Made by a program: the position numbers and the translations under genes. Shown here one piece after another: positions 39,890 through 49,190 of a stretch of DNA of 64,000 bases. The notes under the pieces are model-generated. The model was given only the letters and a program-made list of their open reading frames with translations, was not told where the DNA came from and ran no database searches. Position 1 is the first letter of the stretch, and the number at the start of each line of letters is the position of its first letter. The stretch comes from Candidatus Gottesmanbacteria bacterium. Its GTDB lineage: Bacteria; Patescibacteriota; Microgenomatia; UBA10105; UBA927. Location: positions 923,548-987,547 of the forward strand of contig OY969569.1 in NCBI GenBank assembly GCA_963701185.1, written 5' to 3'.

Positions 39890-41542
39890 ATGAAGCGTTT
39901 TTTGGGGTTGTTTTCTAAAAGACAGCAGACGATCGGATCGGCTGCCTTCATATTAATCTCCATGGTATTTACATCGCGGGTCCTGGGACTCGTTCGGGAC
40001 CGCATGCTCAACGCCCGGTTTGCCCCCGACGAGTTGGGCGTGTATTTTGCGGCATTCCGGCTTCCGAATCTCATATTTGAATTATTGGTGATGGGTGCCC
40101 TCACCAGCGCGTTTATTCCCGTATTTACCCGGTATCTGACGGAACGTAATGAGAAAGAAGGGTTTGATATCGCGGCAACACTCATCAACATGAGCACTGT
40201 TATTCTTATCATTTTGGCAATTCCGCTGCTGCTTTTTACCAATCAGCTTTCCCACTTTTTAGCGCCGGGTTTTTCTCCTGTTCAGGTGACACGCATGGCA
40301 GAGTATACGCGTTTTATGATTCTATTCCAGGTATTGCCGCTTCTTATCGGGAATTTTTTTACGGGAATTTTACAATCGTATAATCTCTTTCTGGTTCCGG
40401 CTCTTGCACCGGTTGTGTACAACGTCGGCATCATTATCGGCATTATTACCCTCACGCCCGCGTACGGACTATTTGCTCCGATATACGGCGTCGGGATCGG
40501 AGGAGGATTGTTTATGCTCATCCAACTGCCGCTGGTCATGATGGTCGGATACCGGCATCGGATGGCATTTGACTGGAAGCACAAAGGCGTCAGGGAAGTA
40601 CTCAGGCTTATCGGTCCGCGCACACTTGGTCTTGCGGTATCACAAGTCGACAGTACGGTAGATCTTATGTTGGCATCACTGTTGGGAGCGCGTATGGTGA
40701 CGGTATTTAATTTTGCCCAGCAGCTCCAGCAATTGCCGGTCGGGCTATTTGGAGTCAGTGTGGCTCAGGCGGCACTGCCTACACTCTCTGCGGCATCTGC
40801 GAAAGAAGACAAGGGGGAGTTTAAAACATCCGTCATGTCTGCAATTCATCAGATTTTGTTTTTTGTACTTCCCGCGTCGGCGCTGTTTATTGTACTTCGC
40901 ATTCCCGTCGTCCGGTTAGTGTTTGGGGCCGCGCGGTTTGATTGGGAGGCGACGGTGTTAACCGGTATAACATTATCAATGTTTTCTCTTTCCATTTTTG
41001 CTCAATCGATCGTCAACGTGCTTGCGCGCGGATTTTACGCACTGTATGATACAAAAACACCCGTCAAAATAAGTATTGCTTCAATTCTCACCAACACGGG
41101 GTTAAGTCTTATTTTTATTAAAGTGCTCGGACTGCCGGTTTGGTCCCTGGGGTTATCAACGTCGATTGCCAGCATAATAAACGCGTTCATACTCTATATC
41201 GTATTGGATAAAAAAGTCGGCGGGTTTTCTAAAACGGAATTATTCATTCCTGCAGGTAAAATGCTTATCGCCGCCGTGGTTGCCGGTGTTGCCGTCTATT
41301 TTCCGCTCAAACTGTTTGATCAGTTGGTATTTGATACCACGCGGACGATCGGTTTGCTTCTTTTAACCGGAATCGCAGGGGGAGCGGGTCTTTTGACCTA
41401 TTTGCTCCTGGCATGGGTATTTGACGTGAACGAAGTGAAGTCTTTCATTACATTAATTCGTCGCGTCCGAAGACCCAAAGCAGTCCTCCTTGAGCCGGTC
41501 AACGAAGTCATCAACGGCGGCATTCAGGACAAAATTTCGTAG
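39890..41542 (+). CDS. murJ: Lipid II flippase MurJ (MviN)
   Basis: 14-TM MOP-family protein, N-terminal SAAFILISMVFTSRVLGLVRDRMLNARF characteristic of MurJ. Confidence 0.85.
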   Translation: MKRFLGLFSKRQQTIGSAAFILISMVFTSRVLGLVRDRMLNARFAPDELGVYFAAFRLPNLIFELLVMGALTSAFIPVFTRYLTERNEKEGFDIAATLINMSTVILIILAIPLLLFTNQLSHFLAPGFSPVQVTRMAEYTRFMILFQVLPLLIGNFFTGILQSYNLFLVPALAPVVYNVGIIIGIITLTPAYGLFAPIYGVGIGGGLFMLIQLPLVMMVGYRHRMAFDWKHKGVREVLRLIGPRTLGLAVSQVDSTVDLMLASLLGARMVTVFNFAQQLQQLPVGLFGVSVAQAALPTLSAASAKEDKGEFKTSVMSAIHQILFFVLPASALFIVLRIPVVRLVFGAARFDWEATVLTGITLSMFSLSIFAQSIVNVLARGFYALYDTKTPVKISIASILTNTGLSLIFIKVLGLPVWSLGLSTSIASIINAFILYIVLDKKVGGFSKTELFIPAGKMLIAAVVAGVAVYFPLKLFDQLVFDTTRTIGLLLLTGIAGGAGLLTYLLLAWVFDVNEVKSFITLIRRVRRPKAVLLEPVNEVINGGIQDKIS

Positions 41543-41544
41543 AT

Positions 41545-42951
41545 TCATGGGGTCTGTTTTGTTAACTCAAGGATCACCGCGTTTTGAGCAGACATGAATA
41601 TTTGTTTCGTCATGGCAGATGTCGTCGCGATTTCCGTTGTTTTGGTGTCCGTGCCGAAGAGATACCGTCGGCGCAGGGTATAGGTACCCGGATCCAGATT
41701 TTCCCAGGTAACAGGGACATTTTCCGTGTGGGAGCCGTTCCGGTCAAAATTCACTAAGAACGTCCGGACGACATCGTTATTGACGCTGGCAAACCCGGTG
41801 ACCCATGTCCCTTCGCCGTAGAGGGCGAGGCGGTTGCCGGCCATGGCATCGATAAAATTGTAGACGTAATACCGCGGCTTTTTGGTAAGACCGTTGTCGG
41901 GATTGGTAATAAGTCCCCAGCCGGACCCGTTTTGCTGATTGGGTCCGTCAACGGGCTGGAAAGAGAAAAGGTACATGGGGCCGCCGGTAATCAGTTGCCG
42001 GATAACCGCTGCCGCATGAGCCGCCGCATACTGAGTGCCATAGAGCGTACTTTTATCCCCGGTAAATCCGAACTCCGTGACAAGAAGCGGAATCAGCGTG
42101 TAATTAGCGTACGGCATTAACCAGTTCATGACATCACGTTGGTTTTTATCATAGACCTTGGGATCGGCCTGATACGTATGCCAGCTAAGGAAATTCACCC
42201 TGTTCCCGCTCTCCACGAGGGCAGTCATCCATTCTTTGTACAATCCCGTTGTTGCAGGTCCGCCAAGGTAAAACGTATTGACGCCCTGTGCATTACTAGC
42301 TCCGATCGACGCATAGCGGTAAAGAGTCAGATAATTTTTGTTGCCGTAGTATTTCCAGCCGCCGAATTGCGCAAGGTCCGGCTCATTCCACACTTCATAA
42401 TAGATGCCGCTGATATTTTTTTCCGAGCGTCCGCTGTAATGTTCGATCGTCCTCTGGACGACAAGCGCCCACTCATTCCAGTCATTGGGTGGATTGATAA
42501 TGACGCCATCTTTGGCGATAACCGATGGCATGTAAGAAAGTGCAAGGACCGGTTCGGCGCCGGTCGCAAGAATAGAGTTAACGGCTGCGTCCAGGCGTGT
42601 CCAATCAAATGTTAATCCTGTGCCACTGCGTCCGACGACATTATAAAGGTCGTAGAGATGGTCCAGGCGGATGACTTTCGGCTTGAGCGCGCGAACATCA
42701 GAAACAACCGGCGCAAGCATGTCTTTGGATTCTTCGCCACCCTGAGAAAATGCGTGATAAAAATTTGTATTGATAGGTTCCAAAACCGCTTTGGTATCAA
42801 CAGTGATATTGGCCGGAGTACCGGTTGCCCGGGTAATAAGCACGGCGATATTTTGGACCGCGAGCAACATAAGCGGCAAAAAGACGAGTAATGCTAAGGC
42901 GGAAACGATAGATATCGTTTTCGGCTGGGTGCGTTGTGTCAAAAATGCCAT
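41545..42951 (-). CDS. Secreted clan GH-A glycoside hydrolase (GH5/GH39-like TIM barrel)
   Basis: N-terminal TM/signal. IYYEVWNEPD (acid/base NEP) and LLVTEFGF (nucleophile Glu). Confidence 0.5.
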   Translation of the reverse strand: MAFLTQRTQPKTISIVSALALLVFLPLMLLAVQNIAVLITRATGTPANITVDTKAVLEPINTNFYHAFSQGGEESKDMLAPVVSDVRALKPKVIRLDHLYDLYNVVGRSGTGLTFDWTRLDAAVNSILATGAEPVLALSYMPSVIAKDGVIINPPNDWNEWALVVQRTIEHYSGRSEKNISGIYYEVWNEPDLAQFGGWKYYGNKNYLTLYRYASIGASNAQGVNTFYLGGPATTGLYKEWMTALVESGNRVNFLSWHTYQADPKVYDKNQRDVMNWLMPYANYTLIPLLVTEFGFTGDKSTLYGTQYAAAHAAAVIRQLITGGPMYLFSFQPVDGPNQQNGSGWGLITNPDNGLTKKPRYYVYNFIDAMAGNRLALYGEGTWVTGFASVNNDVVRTFLVNFDRNGSHTENVPVTWENLDPGTYTLRRRYLFGTDTKTTEIATTSAMTKQIFMSAQNAVILELTKQTP

Positions 42952-44093
42952 ACAAATACCCCTGACAAGATAAATATTATTCCCAAACCTATGATGAGCA
43001 GCGTGGTCTGGATGTTTCCGGAAATAGGAACGGCGCTCTCGGTGGCACCGGCCCCTGTTGCGCCAGCAACGACAAATGTTGTTGTTGCCGTTTGCGTTGA
43101 ACCCGCAGCGTCCTGAGTACTGGCAACAACGCTATGGGGGCCGGAATCCAATGGAGTGGTGGGAGTATAGACCCAGTTGCCGTTTGCGTCGGCGGTAACA
43201 GTCACGGTTATTCCCGTATCGGAATGGATAACGATAGTAACTGTACTGCCCGGAGTCGCTTTTCCGCTGATGAGAGGTTGGGGTGTTGTTACATCAGCGT
43301 TTTCTTCCGGCGAAAGGATTTGTAATGCCGTTGTCGATGCCGTTGCTTGCGCGCTCTCCGATGCAGGAGGAGTTATGGTCAATGTCGGTATGAGTGTCGG
43401 AGTCACGGTTGCCGTCGGCGTCGATATCGGAGTCACGGTTGCCGTCGGCGTCGATATCGGAGTCACGGTTGCCGTCGGCGTCGCTGTAGGACCTTCGGGT
43501 GTAAAGTTGGTGCCGTTTGTATTGGTTCCGGTGACGGTAATTTTTGCAGGTGTCGTGCCGACCAGTACATCTGTCGTGGGCTCATTAAGTCCTCCGACAA
43601 ATGTATTGGATGCAAACCCAACATCCGTCGGTGTAATAGTATTTGTAGCCTCTTTTGCCGTAAATGTGATGACGGCGATTGTGCCGCGGGTGACGATCGG
43701 CTGTGCATTGCTGGCGGCTCCAACTTTAATTGAAACGGTGCCGTTCTCTATAACGCCGGAGTTCAGTATTCTTGGGGCGCTGCTTCCGTTCGTAATCGTT
43801 TTTGCCTCAAGTTTTGCCGGATCATATGTGAGGTATATATTAGCGGAGATGACCTGATTTGTTGCCGGGTCTATATCTACATTGAGCTTGAAATTGTCTC
43901 CCACTTTGACTGTTTGTACAGCCGGCGTGAGGGTGAGGGTGGTTACCGGTGCGGCACGGGTCCTGATATCCCGCTGTTGACCCAAAAAGTATATCGTGGC
44001 GGGTATCCCCAAAAGCAGTAATCCAATAACAATATACAGGAACACTTTTTTCATCCGTAAACCCATTATTACAGGAGTATGAGGTATTGACAA
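42939..44093 (-). CDS. Surface protein with cohesin-like N-terminal domain, TP-rich repeats and C-terminal TM anchor
   Basis: N-terminal TM (LYIVIGLLLLGIPATIYFLG). TPTATVTPISTPTATVTPISTPTATVTP repeats. C-terminal LLIIGLGIIFILSGVFVWHF. Confidence 0.4.
   Translation of the reverse strand: MSIPHTPVIMGLRMKKVFLYIVIGLLLLGIPATIYFLGQQRDIRTRAAPVTTLTLTPAVQTVKVGDNFKLNVDIDPATNQVISANIYLTYDPAKLEAKTITNGSSAPRILNSGVIENGTVSIKVGAASNAQPIVTRGTIAVITFTAKEATNTITPTDVGFASNTFVGGLNEPTTDVLVGTTPAKITVTGTNTNGTNFTPEGPTATPTATVTPISTPTATVTPISTPTATVTPTLIPTLTITPPASESAQATASTTALQILSPEENADVTTPQPLISGKATPGSTVTIVIHSDTGITVTVTADANGNWVYTPTTPLDSGPHSVVASTQDAAGSTQTATTTFVVAGATGAGATESAVPISGNIQTTLLIIGLGIIFILSGVFVWHF
43399..43488. repeat. About 3 copies of a 30-bp tandem repeat (encodes the TPISTPTATV linker)
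   Basis: ggagtcacggttgccgtcggcgtcgatatc at 43399, 43429, 43459. Confidence 0.7.
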
Positions 44094-44115
44094 GTGTTAG
44101 CACTCGTTGTATATT
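44087..44115 (+). promoter_or_regulatory. Sigma-70-type promoter of the hrcA-grpE-dnaK-dnaJ operon: TTGACA-N17-TATATT
   Basis: TTGACA 44087-44092, TATATT 44110-44115. CIRCE sits across the -10. Confidence 0.55.
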
Positions 44116-44123
44116 ACTGCTAA
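44097..44123 (+). promoter_or_regulatory. CIRCE operator upstream of hrcA
   Basis: TTAGCACTC-N9-TACTGCTAA. Left arm perfect, right arm 2 mismatches to GAGTGCTAA. Confidence 0.65.
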
Positions 44124-44125
44124 TT

Positions 44126-44860
44126 ATGGATCCGGTAAAAGACTTATCGCCGCGCCAAATACAAATCCTTAAAGCAATTATTGAGGAATATATTGACACC
44201 GCAGAACCGGTGGGTTCGGAGACGTTGGATAAAAAATACAACCTCGGCGTATCACCTGCCACGATCCGCAATGAAATGATGCGGTTGACCGAGCTTAAAA
44301 TGCTCAATCAGCCGCATACCAGTGCGGGACGCAGCCCCACACCCGCGGCGATGCGCTATTACGTCGACCATCTCATGAAAACCAAAGATATGTCGGTGGC
44401 AGACGAAGTGGCGGTCAAAGAAAAAATCTGGGAATACCGTCAGGAAGTGGACAAACTCCTTCGCGAGGCAACCAAAACCCTGGCGGAAAAAACGAAAACT
44501 CTCGCTCTTACGGCAACAAAAGACGGAGATTTGTACTATGCGGGCGCCGCAAATCTGCTGGACATGCCGGAGTTTTATGACTATGAACTGACGCACCATT
44601 TACTGGCGACACTCGATCAGTTCGGATTTTGGTCGGAGCTTCTGGGGCGCGACACAGATATGTTTGATATATTTTTAGGAGAGGAAATTGCCGCCCGCAG
44701 CGTCCTCTCACAATGCGGATTTGTATTTGAAAAATTCAGTTCGCCGCACGTCTCAGGAGCGATAGGCGTTATCGGACCTTCCCGGCTCAATTATTCGACC
44801 GTGATTCCGTTTGTGCGGTATATGGGAGGGCTCATCGGAGAATTTACACGGAGCTGGTAA
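44126..44860 (+). CDS. hrcA: Heat-inducible transcription repressor HrcA (short form)
   Basis: LSPRQIQILKAIIEEYIDTAEPVGSETL winged-helix N-terminus. Start MDPVKDL at 44126; the ORF-track TTG at 44087 coincides with the -35 box. Confidence 0.8.
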   Translation: MDPVKDLSPRQIQILKAIIEEYIDTAEPVGSETLDKKYNLGVSPATIRNEMMRLTELKMLNQPHTSAGRSPTPAAMRYYVDHLMKTKDMSVADEVAVKEKIWEYRQEVDKLLREATKTLAEKTKTLALTATKDGDLYYAGAANLLDMPEFYDYELTHHLLATLDQFGFWSELLGRDTDMFDIFLGEEIAARSVLSQCGFVFEKFSSPHVSGAIGVIGPSRLNYSTVIPFVRYMGGLIGEFTRSW

Positions 44861-44863
44861 CTA

Positions 44864-45286
44864 ATGAAAAAGAAGAACGAAGAACCGGTTATTGATTGGA
44901 AATCAAAATACCTGCGGGCACTGGCCGATTACCAGAACCTGGAAAAACGGACACAAACGGAAAAACAGGAAATGAGGAAATATTCGGCAGAGGCGATAAC
45001 AGCTCGTTTACTGCCTGTATTGGATACTCTGACGAAAACATCCGCACATGTAAAAGATCCAGGATTGGAATTGGCGCTCAAAGAATTATATGCGGTGTTA
45101 TCGGAGCAGGGCGTCCAGAAAATTGAAGTAATCGGTAAACCATTTGACCCGCACAGGATGGAATGTATAGAAGTCGTGGCGGGAGCTGATAACATCGTTG
45201 TTGAGGAATTATTGCCGGGATACCGGTTGCACGATAAAATAGTACGTATAGCACAAGTAAAAGTTGGTAAAGGAGGCAAATTATGA
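44864..45286 (+). CDS. grpE: Nucleotide exchange factor GrpE (short)
   Basis: [17 protein letters not shown] ... [10 protein letters not shown]. Confidence 0.85.
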   Translation: MKKKNEEPVIDWKSKYLRALADYQNLEKRTQTEKQEMRKYSAEAITARLLPVLDTLTKTSAHVKDPGLELALKELYAVLSEQGVQKIEVIGKPFDPHRMECIEVVAGADNIVVEELLPGYRLHDKIVRIAQVKVGKGGKL

Positions 45287-47175
45287 GCAAAATTATCGGT
45301 ATTGATCTGGGGACAACAAATTCATGTGTCGCCGTCATGGAGGGGGGAGCCCCGAAGGTCATCCACTCGCTGGAAGGGAGAAACGTGTTCCCGTCAGTCG
45401 TGGATCCCATTAAAAATATAGTCGGAGATGTTGCAAAACATCAGGCAATCTTAAATCCCCAGGATACGATTTTTTCCGTCAAACGGCTCATGGGCCGCAA
45501 ATTCTCTGACCCGTCCGTTCAGACGGACATGAAGTTATTGCCGTACACCATCAAAGCCGGCAAAAACGGCATGGCAGTTGTTGTCGTGGAAGGTAAGGAA
45601 TTCACGCCGCAGGAAATTTCCGCTAAAGTGCTCGCCAAAATTAAAGCAGACGCCGAAAAATATCTCGGAGAAACCGTGACGCAGGCCGTCATTACCGTTC
45701 CCGCATATTTTGATGATTCCCAGCGCCAGGCGACCAAACAGGCAGGGGAAATTGCCGGCCTTGAAGTGATGCGGATTGTCAATGAACCGACCGCCTCAGC
45801 ATTGGCCTATGGTTTAGACAAGAAAAACGCGCATACGATTGCCGTCTACGATCTTGGGGGCGGGACGTTTGATATTTCCATTCTGGAACTGGGCGACGGC
45901 GTGTATGAAGTAAAAGCCACCAACGGGGACACGCATTTGGGCGGCGACGATTTTGATAAGCGGATTCTGGACTATATCGCCGATGAGTTTAAGAAAGACA
46001 ATAGCGTGGATTTACGGAAAGATCCGCAGGCACTGCAGCGCATTAGAGACGCGGCAGAGAAAGCAAAGATAGAACTTTCAAGTTCCATGGAGACGGAAGT
46101 TAACCTGCCGTTTATTACGCAGGGGAAGAACGGACCGCTGCATCTGGTGATGAAAATCACGCGGGCAAAGCTGGAGTCATTAGTCGGTGATCTGATCACC
46201 AAGTCTATCGATCCGGTAAAGAAATGTCTCGCCGATGCCAAGAAAACCATCAAAGATATTGATGAGGTTGTTTTGGTCGGAGGTATGACACGCATGCCGA
46301 AGGTTGTGTCGACGGTCAAGGATTTCTTCGGTAAGACGCCCAACCAATCCGTTAATCCGGATGAAGTGGTCGCAGTCGGAGCCGCAGTTCAGGCGGGAGT
46401 CTTAACCGGCGAAGTCAAAGACGTCGTCCTTTTGGACGTGACGCCCCTGACGCTTTCCGTTGAAACATTAGGCGGAGTTTCGACGCCGATGATTACGAGA
46501 AATACCACGGTCCCGACGAGTAAAACCGAAATTTATTCGACTGCCGCGGATAACCAGACGTCGGTTGAAATAAATATCCTCCAGGGAGAGAGGCCGATGG
46601 CCGCGGACAATAAGTCTTTGGGTAGGTTTATTCTTTCGGGAATCCCCCCGGCGCCTAGGGGAGTTCCGCAGGTTGAGGTGACGTTTGATATTGATGCCAA
46701 CGGTATTTTAAACGTTGCCGCCAAAGACAAGGCGACCGGCAAGGCAAGCAATATCCGGATCACCAATTCAACAGGTCTCTCTAAAGAGGAAGTTGAAAAA
46801 ATGAAAGCGGAAGCCGAAGCCAATGCCGCCATGGATACGGAAAAGAAAGATAAAATTGAAGCGCGTAATAAGGCGGACAACACCATCTATGTTGCCGAAA
46901 AAACCCTGAAAGATTCGGGTGATAAGGCAACGGATGATAAGACGGCGGTGAGGGAAAAAATAAAAGAGCTCAAGGAAATTTTGGATACAGGGAGCAAAGA
47001 AGAGCTGGAAACCAAAACGAATGAGCTTTCCGAAGCGGTCCAGAAAGTAGGAGAGGCGATGTATAAGGAAAAACAGGCAGATCAGGCTCCCACCGGCGCC
47101 CCGCCCGGAGAACAGCCCAAGGCAGAAGAGAAAAAGGATGATAAAAAAGTTGAAGAAGGGGAAGTGGTTAGCTAA
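45283..47175 (+). CDS. dnaK: Chaperone DnaK (Hsp70)
   Basis: [22 protein letters not shown], full-length Hsp70 with acidic tail EEGEVVS. Confidence 0.95.
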   Translation: MSKIIGIDLGTTNSCVAVMEGGAPKVIHSLEGRNVFPSVVDPIKNIVGDVAKHQAILNPQDTIFSVKRLMGRKFSDPSVQTDMKLLPYTIKAGKNGMAVVVVEGKEFTPQEISAKVLAKIKADAEKYLGETVTQAVITVPAYFDDSQRQATKQAGEIAGLEVMRIVNEPTASALAYGLDKKNAHTIAVYDLGGGTFDISILELGDGVYEVKATNGDTHLGGDDFDKRILDYIADEFKKDNSVDLRKDPQALQRIRDAAEKAKIELSSSMETEVNLPFITQGKNGPLHLVMKITRAKLESLVGDLITKSIDPVKKCLADAKKTIKDIDEVVLVGGMTRMPKVVSTVKDFFGKTPNQSVNPDEVVAVGAAVQAGVLTGEVKDVVLLDVTPLTLSVETLGGVSTPMITRNTTVPTSKTEIYSTAADNQTSVEINILQGERPMAADNKSLGRFILSGIPPAPRGVPQVEVTFDIDANGILNVAAKDKATGKASNIRITNSTGLSKEEVEKMKAEAEANAAMDTEKKDKIEARNKADNTIYVAEKTLKDSGDKATDDKTAVREKIKELKEILDTGSKEELETKTNELSEAVQKVGEAMYKEKQADQAPTGAPPGEQPKAEEKKDDKKVEEGEVVS

Positions 47176-47187
47176 TCACGCTATGAT

Positions 47188-48057
47188 ATGGCAACAAAGC
47201 GTGATTACTACGAGATTCTGGGATTGACGAAATCCGCAACTCCTGCGGAGATTAAGAGCGCGTACCGCAAGCTCGCGCTGCAGTGGCACCCGGACCGGAA
47301 TAAAGCCGCCAATGCCAACGAAAAATTCAAGGAAATAAACGAAGCCTACGCCGTCCTGTCTGATTCTAAGAAAAAAGAGCAATATGATCAATTTGGTCAC
47401 GCTCCGTTTCAACCCGGGGCAGGACAAAATCCGTACAGCGGCGGATTCCAACAGGGGCCGTTTACGTATTACTCAACAGGTGGCGGCAATCCGTTTGGCG
47501 GCGAGGATTTTATCGATCCGTTTGAGATTTTTGAACAATTTTTCGGGGGTGGATTCGGGGGAAGAACGTCACGCAGACAATCGCGTCAGGCATATGAACT
47601 CAGTATCGATTTTATGGATGCCGTGCGCGGTGCAACGAAAGAAGTTCATTTACCCCGTGGACAAGCAGGTGACGGGTCGATGAAAAAGACTATTAAAATT
47701 CCCGCGGGCGTGGATACCGGCTCCCGTATCCGGTTTGATGATTTTGAAATAGTTTTAGAAGTGAGACCGAGCCGACAGTACAAACGCGAGGGCGACGATC
47801 TCATTATTGAGCACGAAATTACGTTCTCACAGGCCGCCCTTGGTGCGGTCGTTGATGTGCCCACAATCGACGGGCCGCTTAAGATCCGTATCCAGCCGGG
47901 AGTCCAGCCCGGAACACTCATCCGTCTTCACGGCAAAGGCGTGCCGCATGTCCGAGGGAGCGGTCGCGGGGACGAGTACGTCCGCATCCAGCTTCACGTA
48001 CCGACACGACTTACGCGCAGGCAGAAGGAGTTATTGGAAGAATTAGAGCGCGGTTGA
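47188..48057 (+). CDS. dnaJ: DnaJ-class J-protein lacking the CxxCxGxG zinc-finger domain (type II, CbpA-like)
   Basis: J domain DYYEILGL ... HPDRN, G/F-rich GGGFGG, C-terminal beta domains, no Cys repeats. Confidence 0.8.
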   Translation: MATKRDYYEILGLTKSATPAEIKSAYRKLALQWHPDRNKAANANEKFKEINEAYAVLSDSKKKEQYDQFGHAPFQPGAGQNPYSGGFQQGPFTYYSTGGGNPFGGEDFIDPFEIFEQFFGGGFGGRTSRRQSRQAYELSIDFMDAVRGATKEVHLPRGQAGDGSMKKTIKIPAGVDTGSRIRFDDFEIVLEVRPSRQYKREGDDLIIEHEITFSQAALGAVVDVPTIDGPLKIRIQPGVQPGTLIRLHGKGVPHVRGSGRGDEYVRIQLHVPTRLTRRQKELLEELERG

Positions 48058-48072
48058 CGGGAAGCTAAATCG

Positions 48073-48081
48073 TGTTATAAT
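48073..48081 (+). promoter_or_regulatory. Extended -10 element TGtTATAAT in the dnaJ-nusA intergenic region
   Basis: cgTGtTATAATactg. No good -35. Confidence 0.4.
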
Positions 48082-48106
48082 ACTGTATAAGATTAGAGAA
48101 AGGATA

Positions 48107-48130
48107 GGTGGGGAGACCCGCCTTTTTTTA
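48107..48130 (+). terminator. Intrinsic terminator-like hairpin plus T7 tract immediately upstream of the nusA ATG
   Basis: GGTGGG-GAGA-CCCGCC followed by TTTTTTT (one G-U wobble in the stem). Confidence 0.55.
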
Positions 48131-48137
48131 TAAACAT

Positions 48138-49169
48138 ATGCCGGCAACAGTAAAGAGTGAATTCAGCTTAGCATTGAATCAGGTCGCGACCGAACGCGGC
48201 ATTGATCCGAACGTGGTTGTCGAAACCATTAAAGCCGCCATACTGGCCGCCTACCGGAAAGACTACGGCGGAGGCATCACAGAAGTAACAGAGCTTGAAC
48301 AGTATAAGGTAGACCTCAATCCCGATACCGGCGAGGCTAAAATTTCCAAAGACGGCAAAGACATTACCCCTCCGGGATTCGGCCGCATTGCCGCCCAGAC
48401 CGCCAAACAGGTCATTCTCCAGAGGATTAGGGAAGCGGAAAAACAATCGGTATTGGCGGATTACCAGACAAAAATAGGCTCAATTGTACAGGGGATGGTG
48501 CTCCGGTTTGACGGCCCGAACATCATTGTGGACATCGGACGGGCCCAGGCGGTCATGCCGGTATCGGAACAGAGCCAGGGAGAGCGGTATCACCTTAACC
48601 AGCGGCTGACATTTTATGTCGAAGGAATCCGCGAAACCATGCGCGGCAACGAAATTATCGTTTCCCGTGCCCATAAAGGATTGGTCGAAGGACTCTTTAA
48701 ACGGGAAGTGCCGGAAGTTTCCTCGGGAGCTGTCGAATTCCGCGTTATCGCGCGTGAGGCCGGCGGACGCACAAAAGTAGCCGTATTTTCCAAACAGCCG
48801 GGCGTGGATCCTGTGGGTTCCTGCGTCGGGCAAAAAGGCGTACGCGTGCAGGGGGTTATCAGCGAATTAGGAGGCCAGGAAAAAGTAGATATTATCCAGT
48901 GGAGCGATGACCCGAAGGTCTTTATCATGTCTGCGCTGGCTCCGGCCAAAGACATGGAAGTTTCTCTCAACGAAGAGAAAAAATCAGCGGAAGTGTTGGT
49001 TCCCGAAGATCAGCTTTCTTTGGCCATCGGTCGGGACGGACAAAACGTCCGATTAGCTGCAAAAATAACAGGATGGAAAATTGATATCAGAGGAAAAGGT
49101 CCGCCAGCCGGCGAGGCAGGGCTTCCTGTTGTTGAAGAAAAAGCAGTAGTTGAAACTCCCGTTGTATGA
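48138..49169 (+). CDS. nusA: Transcription termination/antitermination factor NusA
   Basis: NTD, S1, KH1/KH2 (ALNQVATERGIDPNVV ... VVDIGRAQAVMP ... SGAVEFRVIAREAGGRTKVAV ... LAIGRDGQNVRLAAKITGWKIDI). The ORF-track GTG start at 48108 would translate the terminator; ATG 48138 preferred. Confidence 0.85.
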   Translation: MPATVKSEFSLALNQVATERGIDPNVVVETIKAAILAAYRKDYGGGITEVTELEQYKVDLNPDTGEAKISKDGKDITPPGFGRIAAQTAKQVILQRIREAEKQSVLADYQTKIGSIVQGMVLRFDGPNIIVDIGRAQAVMPVSEQSQGERYHLNQRLTFYVEGIRETMRGNEIIVSRAHKGLVEGLFKREVPEVSSGAVEFRVIAREAGGRTKVAVFSKQPGVDPVGSCVGQKGVRVQGVISELGGQEKVDIIQWSDDPKVFIMSALAPAKDMEVSLNEEKKSAEVLVPEDQLSLAIGRDGQNVRLAAKITGWKIDIRGKGPPAGEAGLPVVEEKAVVETPVV

Positions 49170-49190
49170 GACACCGGGCTGTCATTTATT

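Noticed and set aside
43177-43857. 226-aa and 128-aa plus-strand ORFs over the 384-aa surface-protein gene
   Set aside because: Shadow ORFs across the TP-repeat region. The minus-strand gene has signal, domain and anchor logic.
48108-48137. GTG start extending nusA by 10 codons (MGRPAFFYKH)
   Set aside because: This stretch is the stem-loop and T tract of a terminator hairpin. ATG at 48138 is the more plausible start.
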